Origin: Octopus sinensis
Lineage: Eukaryota
Assembly: GCF_006345805.1 (NCBI RefSeq)
Contig: NC_043002.1
Coordinates: forward strand, 117,614,001-117,678,000
Reading direction: 5' to 3'
Length of the DNA: 64,000 nt
The notes under the pieces are model-generated. The model did not search any database. It worked only from the letters and a program-made list of their open reading frames with translations, and was not told where the DNA came from. Below are positions 1-12,122 of the stretch, in pieces. Numbering within the stretch: position 1 is the first letter of the stretch; each line of letters opens with the position of its first letter. Position numbers and translations under genes: made by a program.

Positions 1-1
1 T

Positions 2-243
2 TATTTTTTGTGGGGTGTAGTTGGTAATTTTTTCATAATGTAGGTCGTCATCAAGCAAGGAAATTACAAGATTTCTATAGTATGATGTATCCATTATAAC
101 AACTGCATTTCCCTTGTCTGCTTCCTTAATGGTTATATCCTCATCATTTTGAAGTTCTATCAGTTCCTTCCATTGTGTAGTGTTAAAATTTGAGTTAACT
201 TTCTGTTTATGTATAGTATGGTAGGGAAAGTTCTCAATGTGGT
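2..243 (-). mobile_element. Penelope-like element RT N-terminal fragment, runs off the window edge
   Basis: Manual translation gives IENFPYHTIHKQKVNSNFNTTQWKELIELQNDEDITIKEADKGNAVVIMDTSYY. IKxADKGxxVVIM is typical of Penelope RT. Confidence 0.8.
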
Positions 244-360
244 TACAGAATTCATCAAGATCTTTATTTCAAGATCTTATATATATATATAAGATCAGAA
301 TTCATCAAGATCTTATTTCAAGATCTTATATATATATATATATTATATATATATATATAC

Positions 361-515
361 TTTATTTTACGCAGCAGAAAATTCAACAAAATCTGTTACT
401 CTGAGTTTCTCGTTGCCGTTCATCAGACAGTTTTTGCTAGAAAAACTGTCTGATGAACGGCAACGAGAAACTCAGAGTAACAGATTTTGTTGAATTTTCT
501 GCTGCTTAAAATAAA
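361..515. repeat. DNA palindrome with 75-bp arms, 5-nt spacer and 1 mismatch (Penelope pLTR-like)
   Basis: 361-435 is the reverse complement of 441-515; flanked by (TA)n. Confidence 0.95.
441..488 (+). ncRNA. Type I hammerhead ribozyme (mirror copy on - strand, 388-435)
   Basis: AAAAACUGU-CUGAUGA-ACGGCAACGA-GAAAC-UCAGA-GUA-ACAGAUUUU. Stem I CUGU/ACAG plus 4 A-U pairs; near-palindromic stem III ACUCAGAGU; stem II is weak (2 bp). Confidence 0.7.
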
Positions 516-603
516 GCATATTACTCTACCACTGGTATTTGAGTACTCTTTTTTCCACCTTGTTTCACATTTATGTGTTTACTCCGGTATATATATATAT
601 ATA

Positions 604-1120
604 TAGAAAATAGTAAAAAGTGAAAAACTACAGAAGGCTTGTGTTAAAAGGTTAAAAAATATATATTTGAGTCAATATGTCTGAAGAATATTATAAATTT
701 TTTTTTTCTTACAATTACATAGTTTAGAAGAAATGACCGGTTTCGCATTCAGCTTTTCAAATTTCTTACATCGTTATGTTTATGTTGAGAAGAGTTATCG
801 TTATGTTTATGTTGAGAAGAGTTCTAGATAAGGGGAGGTAATAAGTGATTTCTTCCGGTGTAAGGGAGATAATCGCTTAAAATTTTAAGTGATTATCTCC
901 CTTACATACAAACATAACGATAACTCTTCTCAACATAAACATAACGATGTAAGAAATTTGAAAAGCTGAACGCGAAACCGGTCATTTCTTCTAAACTGTC
1001 ATTGTGAGAAAAAAAAAAAAAAAAATTTATAGTATTCTTCAGACATATTGACTCAAATATATATTTTTTAACCTTTTAAAACAAGCCTTCTGTAGTTTTT
1101 TCACTTTTTTCTATTTTCTA
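604..1120. repeat. Large nested palindrome with an inner hairpin (about 861-908) and a 27-bp tandem duplication in the left arm
   Basis: Outer arms of about 190 bp are reverse complementary with a few substitutions and indels. Confidence 0.9.
951..990 (+). ncRNA. Minimal hammerhead ribozyme with U3-A8 core variant (mirror copy on - strand, 728-767)
   Basis: AAGAAAU-UUGAAAA-GCUGAACGC-GAAAC-CG-GUC-AUUUCUU. Perfect 7-bp stem I, 2-bp stem II, palindromic ACCGGU stem III. Confidence 0.7.
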
Positions 1121-1188
1121 TATATTCAACCACGTGCTTTCACAAACCAACTTTCTCATCTATATATATATATATATATATATATAAC

Positions 1189-1446
1189 GTTATATAATTA
1201 GGGCTCAGTAAAATAATTTACTTTACCACATACTGAAACTTTTAGAAATAGCAGCCAAAAAGTTTTTTTAGTCATTTCTTCTACTATAAGAAAAATCTAC
1301 CAGATCGTGTTTACTCAAAAAGTAAACACCATCTGGGAGATTTTTCTTATAGTAGAAGAAATGGCTAAAAAAACTTTTGGCTGCTATTTCTAAAAGTTTC
1401 AGTATGTGGTAAAGTAAATTATTTTACTGAGCCCTAATTATATAAC
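1189..1446. repeat. DNA palindrome with arms of about 127 bp and a 5-nt loop (1316-1320)
   Basis: Arms are reverse complementary with a few mismatches; starts at a (TA)n tract. Confidence 0.9.
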
Positions 1447-1543
1447 ATAATATTTTGAATATATCTTGAATGGTCCTTTTACATACTGAACACTACTTGG
1501 TAAAATTAATTAATAATTAATTGATTTTACCCTTTTATTATTG

Positions 1544-1583
<40 letters not shown>

Positions 1584-1644
1584 GCACACACACACACACA
1601 CAACACACACACACACACACACACCACACACACACACACACACT

Positions 1645-1706
<62 letters not shown>

Positions 1707-2116
1707 CATACATAGTTTTACATAATTTTTATTTAATCTATTCTAAATACTGTTTTTCAAATAACAGCTGTGTATGCATACACACTTATACACATATATA
1801 AATATATCCATTGAATATTTTTTTAGAAATATGAAATGAAATTTCAAGAGAATGCTTTTCTTGTTCTCTTTTGTTTAAAAATCGTTAAGGGCGACACATG
1901 CCAAAATGGCTGCTTCAAGCTCGCACTTTTGATTTCATCTCTGGTTCTCGCACTTTTGATTTCATCTCTGGTTCTCTGTCGTTCACAGGGGAATTTTTAA
2001 CAAAAGAACATAAGGATAAATGTTTCCTTCAAATTTACTCTTCATATATCCAAAAATATTCAGGCAGCAGATATTTCAAAAGAAAGCCAGGCTCTGTGTA
2101 CCAGCTGATGAAGGGA

Positions 2117-2286
2117 AACGGAGTGGCTGTGTGGTAAGTAGCTTGCTTACCAACCACATTGTTCCAGGTTCAGTCCCACTGCGTGGCACCTTGGGCAAAT
2201 GTCTTCTACTACAGCCTCAGGCCAACCAAAGCCTTGTGAGTGGATTTGGTAGACGGAAACTGAAAGAAGCCAATCATATATATGTT

Positions 2287-2324
<38 letters not shown>

Positions 2325-2380
2325 TGTGTGTGTTTGTGTGTCTGTGTTTGTCCTCCCCAATATCGAAAAAAGAACTATGA
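2117..2380 (+). mobile_element. tRNA-derived SINE, family B (GGAGTGGCTGTGTGG head)
   Basis: A/B-box-like head plus CCTTGGGCAAGTGTCTT core. Related copies near 7560-7900(-), 12868, 20096, 21700-22100(-), 31534 and 60480. Confidence 0.75.
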
Positions 2381-2543
2381 GTACTTGAAATCGGAGCCTT
2401 TCAGTTATAATGTATTAAAGAATAGTCTGCATTTGTACTGAGTCCTGTAATTTATTGCTTCTGGTGAATCAACAGAAATTCACACACACACACACACACA
2501 CACACTTACAATAAATTAATCCTCTGATTTCATTTTCTTCAAG

Positions 2544-2672
2544 CTATGCCAACAAGAGCGAACACATCGAACAGAACTCGAACGTTCCCTAAAAGGTGAT
2601 ACTGAAAGGATTGCACAAAGTCACAAACAAAGATACACCACTGAACTGCAAAATTTAGTTGATACCGTAAAG
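2544..2672 (+). CDS. CCDC154: CCDC154-like coiled-coil protein, first exon visible in the window (LCQQERTHRTELE...NLVDTVK)
   Basis: Pyrimidine tract with AAG acceptor, GT donor, open 129 nt, phase 0/0. Confidence 0.7.
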
Positions 2673-3069
2673 GTTCGTTATCAAATAAGATTCATTTCAC
2701 AGTCTTAGTATCTATTTTATTTTATTTTGACATATAAGTATTTCTTTTCATTTATCAAACAGAATTCAACAGGACCAGACAGAGAATAGTGGTGTTGTCA
2801 ATCGACCTGGTAGATATAGCAGCCAAATCTCCCTCAACTTACATCCTAACATCTTGCGAAGAAAGGGGCACATTATATAATGTGGTCCCATAAAGGAGTG
2901 GCATGGCTTAATGAACTAAACGATATAGAACAGAAAATGATTTTATTAGAACAATGTCATTACCTGTCTCCAAATATGTTTTTATAAGGTCAAAGGTTAT
3001 GCTTGGTGCCTGCTCTTTGCTGGTATACAAACCTGTTTTGTCTGTACCAGACTTTATGAGCAAGGTTCA

Positions 3070-3860
3070 GATGGTGCTTTTTATGTGCCACCGGCACAGA
3101 AGCCGATCAAGGCAAGGGAGCTGGTATTGACCATGTTTGGCTGGTGCTTTTTATGTGCCACCAGCACGGGGACCACAACTACAATTTCCATTTGATTTCA
3201 TTTTGGTGTTGATGTACTTGACTCAATAGATCTCCACAAGCACAGCATGTTACCCTACAATCCAAGGGTACTTTTTGAGTTGACTGGTTATGCGACACTG
3301 GTGTAGGGTACAGCTGTGATCTCACTTTATTTGATGGGTCTTCTCAGTCACAGCATATCTCCAGAGGTCTCTGTCTTTTGTCATTTCCTCTGTGTGGCCC
3401 AACATTCGAAGGTCATGCTTCACCACCTCATCCCATGTCTTCCTGGGTCTCCCTCTACCCTGGATTACTTCCACTGTTTGGGAGTGGCACTTCTTCTCAC
3501 AGCTCTCTTCATCCATCTGTAGTACATGACCATACCAACGCAAATGTCTCTCTTGCACACCACATCTGATGCTTTTTATGTCCAACATTTCTCTCAGGGC
3601 GCCTACACTGTGTCGTGTGTGCTCACTGACATTACACATTCAGCAGTCACAGCCCATGTTTCACTGCTGTGAAGAATGGCAGTTCACACACATGCATCAT
3701 ACAATCTACCTTTCACTTTGAGCGAGAGGCCCTTTGTCACCAATAGGGGTAGAAGCTGTCTGAATTTTGCCAAGGCAATTCTTATTCTAGTGGTAATGCT
3801 CTCTGAGCATCCACCCCACTACTGACTTGGTCTCCTGGGCAGCGGAAACTATCAACTACT
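3070..3860 (-). mobile_element. RTE-clade LINE 3' fragment
   Basis: ORF 3322-3639 (RLRWYGHV...RGRPRKTW). Same family and 3' tail as 22579-23420. Confidence 0.85.
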
Positions 3861-4333
3861 TCTTGTTTCTCCCACTAGCATGTGAGGGAATCTATTTTCT
3901 GAGCATCTGTGGTGTTTATTGCCCTTGTGCATCTACTGCACACGAAAGCTATCCTCCCTTGATGTTGCTGCACCTTTTATGCATCCATAGCTTACACTGG
4001 GTACATCTTATGGAGTTTCTATGGAGATACTTATTGATCAGACCATGTATGCTTAATGTATGCAATATTTATACACACTCATATGATGGCATGTGTATTT
4101 TGTATGTGTGAGTGTATATGTATATAGATGTGTGTGTGTGTATGTGCATGTGTGTGTATGTGTATATGTATATATATATATGTATATATTTATATATATA
4201 TATATATCTTTATATATGTGTAGGTATATGTATACATATATATGTGCGTATATGCCTATATATGAATGGGTAGGTGTTGTATATACACATATCTATATAT
4301 GTATATGTGTGTGTGTGTGCGTGTGTGTGTGTG

Positions 4334-4364
<31 letters not shown>

Positions 4365-5169
4365 TTATACACACATACACACACAAACACACACTACTAA
4401 ATGTCACCACTCTGTTCTATTTTATTTTTGTTGCATATTACACACCTTTTTTTTCGGTTCTATGTGTTGGAGTAACTAGTAAATATTAAAAAATCAACAC
4501 CAAGAAAGAAGAAATATTATTTACATATATTTATTCATTTGCCTGTCATGTAGTCAGATATACACTAGTAATTGTTGTGGCTGTGACAAGTTCGCTTGCT
4601 GGTTGGTAGTTAATAGTGTAGAAGTGACTGTCTGCCAGTAGAGAAGGAAAGAGTAAGGAATGCACAGTGCTGACTAGAAAGGAAGAAAGGATAAAGGTGG
4701 CATCATTTTTCTTGCAGCCAAAAGCTTCTCTTTTGTGTCAGCTATGACCAAGGATCAACACTTTCCCTTCAGCCTTCACTCGACATATAAATAGAACAGA
4801 GTGGTGACATTTAGTAGAGATGACCCGGAAGTTGTTCCTCTTCAATTCCTATTGAAAACAGCAGTAGCTTTGTTCAACTGAATACACTGAATCCTTGATT
4901 GGTTAAAATTACCTAAATATGACAACTTTAACATGAAATAACTTCTAAAATATGAAATTTTTTCAAAAATGTTGAAAATAAACCATGTTGAGCAGGATAA
5001 ATTACACCAGTAAATGAAGTTTCAAACTGTTTAGTTAAAAAAAATTTTTTAATCTAGGAGTGAAACTGAACAGATCCCCAATCCCTCACTAAATAGCAAT
5101 CCCCTCACAAGTTCATCTGGAATACCCCCTACAAACCTATGCAGTTTCAGAAGCCCAACCTCCTGTCCT

Positions 5170-5556
5170 TTAGATAACTGCTGTCTCACAAAAAACATAC
5201 TTTATAAGTGCACAGTATCAACTGCTAACTGTAACTACATTTATATCGGATCATGTACCACCACCTTCAAAGCTAGAATGAACAACCGCTACTCCAGCTT
5301 CAAGTCCCAAACAAACTCTAGCAGAACATCATTATCTCAACTTATCAGTAAACTAATGCGTGATTCAACCCCTTACACCCTCAAGTGGTCCATAGTCACC
5401 CACGCCAAGCCTTACACCAGCTATAATAACAAGTGTGATCTCTGCATAGTCGAAGTCTTGGCTATTCTGCAATCCACTGATTGTCTTAATGAATGCAACG
5501 GTATAATATTCACCTGTAAACATCGGTTACTAAATCTATTCTCAAAATTCCAATAA
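5170..5556 (+). mobile_element. Penelope-like GIY-YIG endonuclease remnant
   Basis: CLTKNILYKCTVS...YIYIGSCTTTFKARMNN...LKWSIV...CDLC... Confidence 0.85.
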
Positions 5557-6611
5557 ATACAACCCCAACCCATGCTTTTTTCCCTATAACCTTCATAAAT
5601 TCCCCTCTCATCCACCCTCACAACCACTGCATATTAAACCAGCAATTTTTTCCCCTTTAATTCCTTTATTGTCGATTACACACTTCCTTCTATTCCTTTC
5701 CTCACCACTTGAAATAAATTTCAACTGCCTCCCTTCCTATCTCCTCCCTCCATAAGCTTACAAGTGCATCCGCCCACATACACCTCCAACACATCATGTT
5801 GTAAACATGCTGACCACACACTATATACTTTCCTCTAGTGACAAAACATATTGTAGCTGCCAAAAATTCTTCCCTTCTCTTTCTTACCTTCCTCATGCAT
5901 ATATATTTTCTTTCTCCCCCTTGATCAGAAACATCTCCCCACCATCCCCTCCTCCATTCATTTTCCTCTCTTAACCCCACTCACCTACTAATTTTAGTGA
6001 TTTGGCCAAAAAATCCTTTTCAATGTCACCAGCCAAATAACAGTACATAAATCCCTCACTCTTGCTTTATTCATACACACTTTCTTTCTCCCCCTTGACC
6101 AAAAATATTTCCCCTCCCTCTTCCCTCCTACTGATATTTTCTTCAACTGCCAATCCCTTTACTGAATTCTGTGATCCAGCCAAAACAGCTTCATTATTTT
6201 AATACCAGTCAACTGACCTTCCTTAAATCCCCCCTTCCTCTCACTCCCCTTTATTTTCCTCTTTCTCTTATTCTAATACTTATTTTTCCCTACATTTATA
6301 TACTCCTCTCATACTGTTCTCCAGCAGGAATTTTCTAAAATGCAGGACAGGGATTTTCAGACCATATCTGCATTTTCGAAAATTTTTGCTGGTTTTTTGG
6401 AATTTACATGATGACACCACAGCTGGAAACCAATAGCCAAGGTTGAAGGGAGACAATCGTTTACCTTCGTGGTGATTTGCTGACTGCAAGATGGTAGCAC
6501 AGCCAAAGACTGATGGACAATGGCAAAGGGAGAGTATCACCTAGGGTTTTACCCTTAAAAACAAAGCTTTTCCTCCTCCATATTTTAAAGAGGTCTCAGC
6601 CCAGCAGTGTT

Positions 6612-6662
6612 TGGAGTCTGAAGATATGCCATAAGGCTAAACCCCTTTTCAGGGTAACTCCA
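6612..6662 (+). ncRNA. Decayed hammerhead ribozyme (G12 to U)
   Basis: UGGAGU-CUGAAGA-UAUGCCAUAAGGC-UAAAC-CCCUUUUCAGG-GUA-ACUCCA. 6-bp stem I, 4-bp stem III. Confidence 0.55.
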
Positions 6663-6816
6663 TAAACTGGCTTACCCCACTATAATATATATATGTGTGT
6701 GTGTGTGTGTGTATATGTATTCTTTTATTCTTTTACTTGTTTCAGTCATTTGACTGTAGCCATGCTGGAGCACCACCTTATAAATGTATATAAAGTTTTT
6801 ATATTTCTCTTTAAAG

Positions 6817-6941
6817 GCAGATAAATCGAAAACTAAAGAAACTCTACAAAAGCTAAACGAAGGGATTCAGTTGTTGGAGCAGACTTTTGATAATAATAAG
6901 AAACGACTGGAGAAAATTGTTTCAGCAGAGATCCACTCCAG
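6817..6941 (+). CDS. CCDC154: CCDC154-like exon (ADKSKTKETLQKLNEG...IVSAEIHSR)
   Basis: AG/GT boundaries, phase 0 in and phase 2 out; joins 8309 in frame. Confidence 0.8.
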
Positions 6942-7237
6942 GTTATGATTAAGATATACATTATTCAGTCTCAGAAAGCTTCTTATGGCTGTGCCTTCCA
7001 GGTTGTTGCTCATTCTAGGGAGAGTACCTCTAAGTGGTTACATGATGAGCTAGGGCTAGAAATATTCCTTTCTATTATAAGCACAAGGCCTGAAACTTCA
7101 GGGGAGAGGGGCCAGTCGATCAGATCAAATCCAGTACGCAACTGGTACTTAATTTATTGACCCCCAAAAGAATGAAAGGCAAAAATCAACCTCTGCAGAA
7201 TTTGAACTCAGAACGTAGTGATGGGCAAGATACCTAT

Positions 7238-7467
7238 TTCTTTACTACCCTCAAGGGGCTAAACACAGAGAGGACAAACAAGGACAGACAAATGGATTAA
7301 GTCGATTATATCGACCCCAGTGTGTAACTGGTACTTATTTAATCGACTCTGAAAGGATGAATGCAAAGTCAACTTCAGCGGAATTTGAACTCAAAACGTA
7401 GCGGCAGATGAAATACCGCTAAGCATTTCGCCCGGCGTGCTAACGTTTCTGCCAGCTCGCCGCCTTC
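7238..7467 (-). mobile_element. SINE family C (GGCGGCGAGCTGGCAGAAACGTTAGC head)
   Basis: Closely similar to the + strand copy at 34816-35046. Further copies near 11870, 19020, 45050-45480 and 46640. Confidence 0.8.
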
Positions 7468-8308
7468 GATGGGCTAGAAATATTAGCCAAATAGTAACTA
7501 TATGACTACTTTTTACCTCTTTTTACCTTCTTTTCTTCTTTTCTGTCATTGGACTGTGGCCATGCTGGGGCACTGCCATGAAGCGTTTACTCAAATAAAT
7601 TGCTCCCAGTATTTCTTAAGTCTGATAATCATCTCATTGATCTCTTTGCTTAACCTGCTAAGTTACGGGGGACGTAAACAAACCAACAACAGTTGTCAAG
7701 TGGGCGGGAAGAGAAACATACACACATGCATACATATACTTACACATAAGATGGGATTTCACACAGCCTCCGTCTACCTAATTGACAGTGGTTGGCCCAG
7801 GGTTATTGTAGAAGACACTTGCCCAAGGTGTTGCACAGTGTGACTGAACATGAAACCACATGATCATAAAGCGAGCTCCTTAACCACATGGCCATGGTTT
7901 ATTTCATTTTATTTTATTGCTAAAAGAAATAGTATATTTTGATCTGAGAGATATTTGACCATTAATTGTAGCATGTTGAATGACCACATAGGGGATTCTT
8001 AAATGGCTACTTATTTTGAGATATGTGAATTGAAGCATTGATCACGTGCCATCTTCTTAAAGAAAAGGAAATAACATAAGGTAGCCCTGGAAACCCCTAA
8101 AATGCGTGGCTGATATTCCTGTATGCATCTGCATGTGTATATTTTCGGACAGATGAGTTAATCGTAGCATGTATGCATTTTTACTGAATTCTTCCTTTAT
8201 TTGTTTTCTGTTGTCATTCTTTTTCTTTGTTTCATTTCTTTGTTTCATATGTCTCTTTAATTTTTACATATATAATCTATAAATTTTTCTTGTTTTTTTT
8301 TTTTGTAG

Positions 8309-8435
8309 AAAAACACACGAGAAAGCCACCACTGACAAATTTTATGAAGTACAAGAGAAAATTCAAATTGCCACAATACACATTCAGCAAAACCTTGGAG
8401 AGGTCAAAGGTCGTTTGGAAGATTATATGAACAAA
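8309..8435 (+). CDS. CCDC154: CCDC154-like exon (KTHEKATTDKFYEVQEK...LEDYMNK)
   Basis: Poly-T acceptor, GTAAGT donor, phase 2/0. Confidence 0.85.
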
Positions 8436-8486
8436 GTAAGTGAATCATGTTCTTCTTTACTGAAGTGAGTTCTCAGCAACCCACAT

Positions 8487-8547
<61 letters not shown>

Positions 8548-9317
8548 ACTCTATTTTCAATACAATTCTTATGTGTTTCTCTGATAAAGAGGTCAGTCCA
8601 AAACGTTAGAATTATCATTTTTTTTATCATAGGGGAAACACTTATCCTATTCTGTTACCTTTTAGTGATTTTTTACAAGACAAATCAATACTGTTATCTC
8701 GGCCATAAGTGTTTTTACTTTATACATTATTCATTGCAGCTCGTCAGCTTGTGTCCAATATCAAAATTAGTCACTTGCTCCTGTGGTCTTGTTACACTTT
8801 TATGTATACACTGCACATGCCAGCATTTGGTATGAAGGCAACCTATTGACTGAGTCATAAGAGGGTTGCTTAAAATGTCTCGTGGCATTTGTTCCAACTC
8901 TCTATGAACTATGTTCAAATCCGACTGAGGTCAACTATGTTTTTCATCCTTTCAGGATTGATAAAATTAAATTACTAGTCCAGGTTGGTGGATTAGTGGA
9001 ATTTTTAGAGCTTTGGGTAGAATGCCATAAGGTATCTGTTTTGGCTTTGTGAATTATGAGTTCAAGTCCTACCCTGCCACTGAGAAAAGTGGTGCTCCTG
9101 CCAAGAGTTTTGGCTGAGAAAATATCAGCAATTTGAAAAATAAAAAGCTACAGGAATTTAATTTCCAGGATTCGATCAGAAGATCAACTTCCCATCATCA
9201 TCACCATGTATGTCAGTGTTTAGAACAAAATTAAAACCTTAAAATAATCACCTCTGAACCAGGATTCCTTTAAATACTAAGTATAATATTTGATTGTTAA
9301 TGTCATATGGTTTACAT

Positions 9318-9502
9318 CAGTGTTCCACAACTGGCATCCCGCTGCACACTGCTGTGCTACAAGACGTTGCTAAGTGAGCTGCAGTGTAACCTGAATGTAA
9401 TTTTTTCCCTATACTTTTAGTTATATTTTTAGTTCAGGTGTGTCACCGAATTTTGAAAAGGATATAAGTATATCGCAAGCAAAAAAAGGTTACAGAACAC
9501 TG
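9318..9502. mobile_element. hAT-type MITE
   Basis: Termini CAGTGTTC.../...GAACACTG; 8-bp TSD GTTTACAT/GTTTAGAT (7 of 8 match). Confidence 0.75.
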
Positions 9503-10321
9503 GTTTAGATCAACTTTGCTCATGATAGAAAACAGCATAAAATACTTAGCTTGCTCCTATGATCCTACCAATCAATGTTAATAGTCAGGTTTTATTAAAA
9601 TAATAATGGTTTCAGATTTTGATATATGACTAGCAGCTTTAGAGAGAAAAGGTTAGTCAATTACTGTGACTCTAGCACTAGACAGGTAATATATTTTATT
9701 GTCACCGATAGGATGGAAGAAGTTTTAGTGAAGAGTGAATACTGCTACAGATTAAGTAAGATTGAAAACATGGATAAAGGATCTATAAGCTCTGATGCGG
9801 TCAGTAATTGAATTTTAACTTAAAAAGTGGTAGAAAAACACTGTTACTGAAGACAACATGAAAAGATGTTTACAGCATAATTCTTCTAGTCATTGAGATG
9901 TTGGAGCTGTAAGCTTTCAGTCAGACTCTTACACCACTGTGACTGTTGCAGTATCATCCTTATTGCCTTGTAGAAATCTTTATAATGTTGATTGATAACT
10001 CTTATATGACTTTAAAATATGCTGAAAAAATTCCCATTTGCTGAACCAAAACCAACATTTGTAACCCATTGCTGTAGTCTTACACAGCGAGTATAAATTC
10101 AAACCTACATTTTGGTGTATGTGTATGTGTGTGTGTCAATCTGGTTTTCATAATTATGAAGTAACGATATATTATTTGATATCAGAAAGAAAATCATGAT
10201 ACATTAAGTTTAACTTTCCATTTAAATTCATTAAGGGGATTCCAAGCAAAAAATATTGTGGTTTGTTCTGTTTTTGATTAGTCAAATGCCTGAATTACTT
10301 TCTTATATATGTGCTTCACAG

Positions 10322-10462
10322 ATCCAGAAGGAAGTGCTCGATATTATCCAGGAAAAAACAGATGCTACCACCCGAGCTCTGGCCGATCTTGATGCTCGAT
10401 TAAATTTAGAGAAGGAAAGGATACAGAATGTCGAAGAATCAATTGAAGAACAAATAGCAAAT
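10322..10462 (+). CDS. CCDC154: CCDC154-like exon (IQKEVLDIIQEK...IEEQIAN)
   Basis: CAG acceptor, GTAAGT donor, 141 nt, heptad pattern. Confidence 0.85.
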
Positions 10463-12095
10463 GTAAGTTACATATTCAAATATTAATGATGTATATCATT
10501 AAAATATATCACGAGACTTATATGAAAGTACATCTATCCTCGTTTATCACTGATTCATTCTTCACTGAGCCGGGATAACATGGTACACTCAACTGTTACA
10601 TGTCACCAGTCAGTGATCAGACAGCAAAAGCATGTTCTAGCAATCAACAATCTCCAATACTCAAGACAACTTGGGATTTCAGCATGTAAACTATTTTACC
10701 CATGTTTTCTATTATTCATTTATCACTGATACTGATTCATTTAAACAGTGTTTTGTTTTGTTTACCAAACACCCATGATAAACAAGAACAGATGAACCAG
10801 CAAAATATGTTGCTGTTATTTTCGTCATTATATAGTCCTAGATCAGCCCTAAACAAGCAGACTTATTTTAAAATGTGTTCCAGCCACAAGGTCACTCTGT
10901 TAATGTAGCATTCATTTATTTAAGATGGTAGGGAACAGAAGACAAGCAGGAGTAGAAGATTGTTGTAGACACAACAAAGGCGAGAAACAGAAAAGAATGT
11001 TCCCCAAAAAATGAAAACCCTTCAAGAGAATGCAAACAAAAAGATGTGACTATGAATTTCCACAGGTCTTTGCGTAAAACAGCGAAGAACTGAAAGAGCC
11101 ACTAAACAAATTAAAGGCAGAGGAAGGGAATCTCAAAGTGTTGATTGAGGAGATAATCTCCAATTCTCTGGAACATTCAACAAAATGGGAAGATAATGAA
11201 GAACTAGAGGGAAGAGGAGGGAAATTTCTTGCCGAGTCCAACACCAAAGATGCTTATGGGTACCTTTGGGCTATATCAGTTTTAAGCTGTGGTTGGCAGC
11301 CAATGTCATGAGTTATTCTGGCCCCACTTAACTATTCTATCTTCTCCTGTATGCAGTTTCTGTTTTCAAATTTATCTCCAGCAAGTTCACCACTATCAAT
11401 TCACTGCAGGGCAAATTTGCCGTTATCCTTTCACCGCAGGGTAAGTTCTTTGTCATCAATTCACTGTTTTTGTTTGTTTTTTCTTATAATTTCTCAGTAA
11501 ACATTTCTTGTGGTGAACTTTCATCACAGCGTACTTTCTTCACGTTGAATTGATGGCAGTAAACTCTCCTATGGTGATTTGATGGCGCTGAACTTACCTG
11601 TAATCTTTCAAATATCTTGTTTTAATTATTGTGTTTCTATATATATATTAATATATTTGATATGCATTTTCTTTAAATTCTATCAACTTTTTATATGTTC
11701 ATTGCATCACATCCTGACCCTAGCCCTGACCCCTCATCACATTTGACAAGCTTTCAATGCATCCCATTTCCACACCTTCCTGTAAACTACATGTTTCATC
11801 GTTTTATTGTGTGTGTGTGCGTGTGTGTGTGTATATGTATGTATGTATGTATGTATGAATGAGAGTCATTAGTCAGACAAAATGCTTTGCAGTATTTACT
11901 CTGGCTCTTTACGTTCTGAGTTCAAATCCTGGTGAGATCAACTTTGCCTGTCAGTCTTCCAGGGACAAGAAAATAAATTACCAGGTCAAGTATTGGCTTC
12001 GATGGTTATCGACTAACCACACCCTCTCCTCAAAACTACAAGCCTTGTGCCTTAATTAAAATCCATTTTTACATGATTGTTTTCATTACTTTCAG

Positions 12096-12122
12096 GTTCT
12101 GAAAAACATTCCAAATCCTGAG
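12096..12122 (+). CDS. CCDC154: 27-nt in-frame microexon (VLKNIPNPE) of the CCDC154-like gene
   Basis: TTTCAG acceptor, GAG|GTAATT donor, phase 0/0. Confidence 0.6.

Noticed and set aside
681-745. CTGAAGA as a hammerhead core
   Set aside because: No closing stem I. The real motif here is the - strand U3-A8 variant.
1510-1801. YI/HT/CV-repeat ORFs (also 4093, 15141, 36894-37349, 44360-44814 and others)
   Set aside because: These are translations of TA/CA microsatellites and not genes.
2105-2125. CTGATGAAGGGAAAC as a hammerhead
   Set aside because: No stem II, no cleavable triplet and no stem I; it runs into a SINE head.
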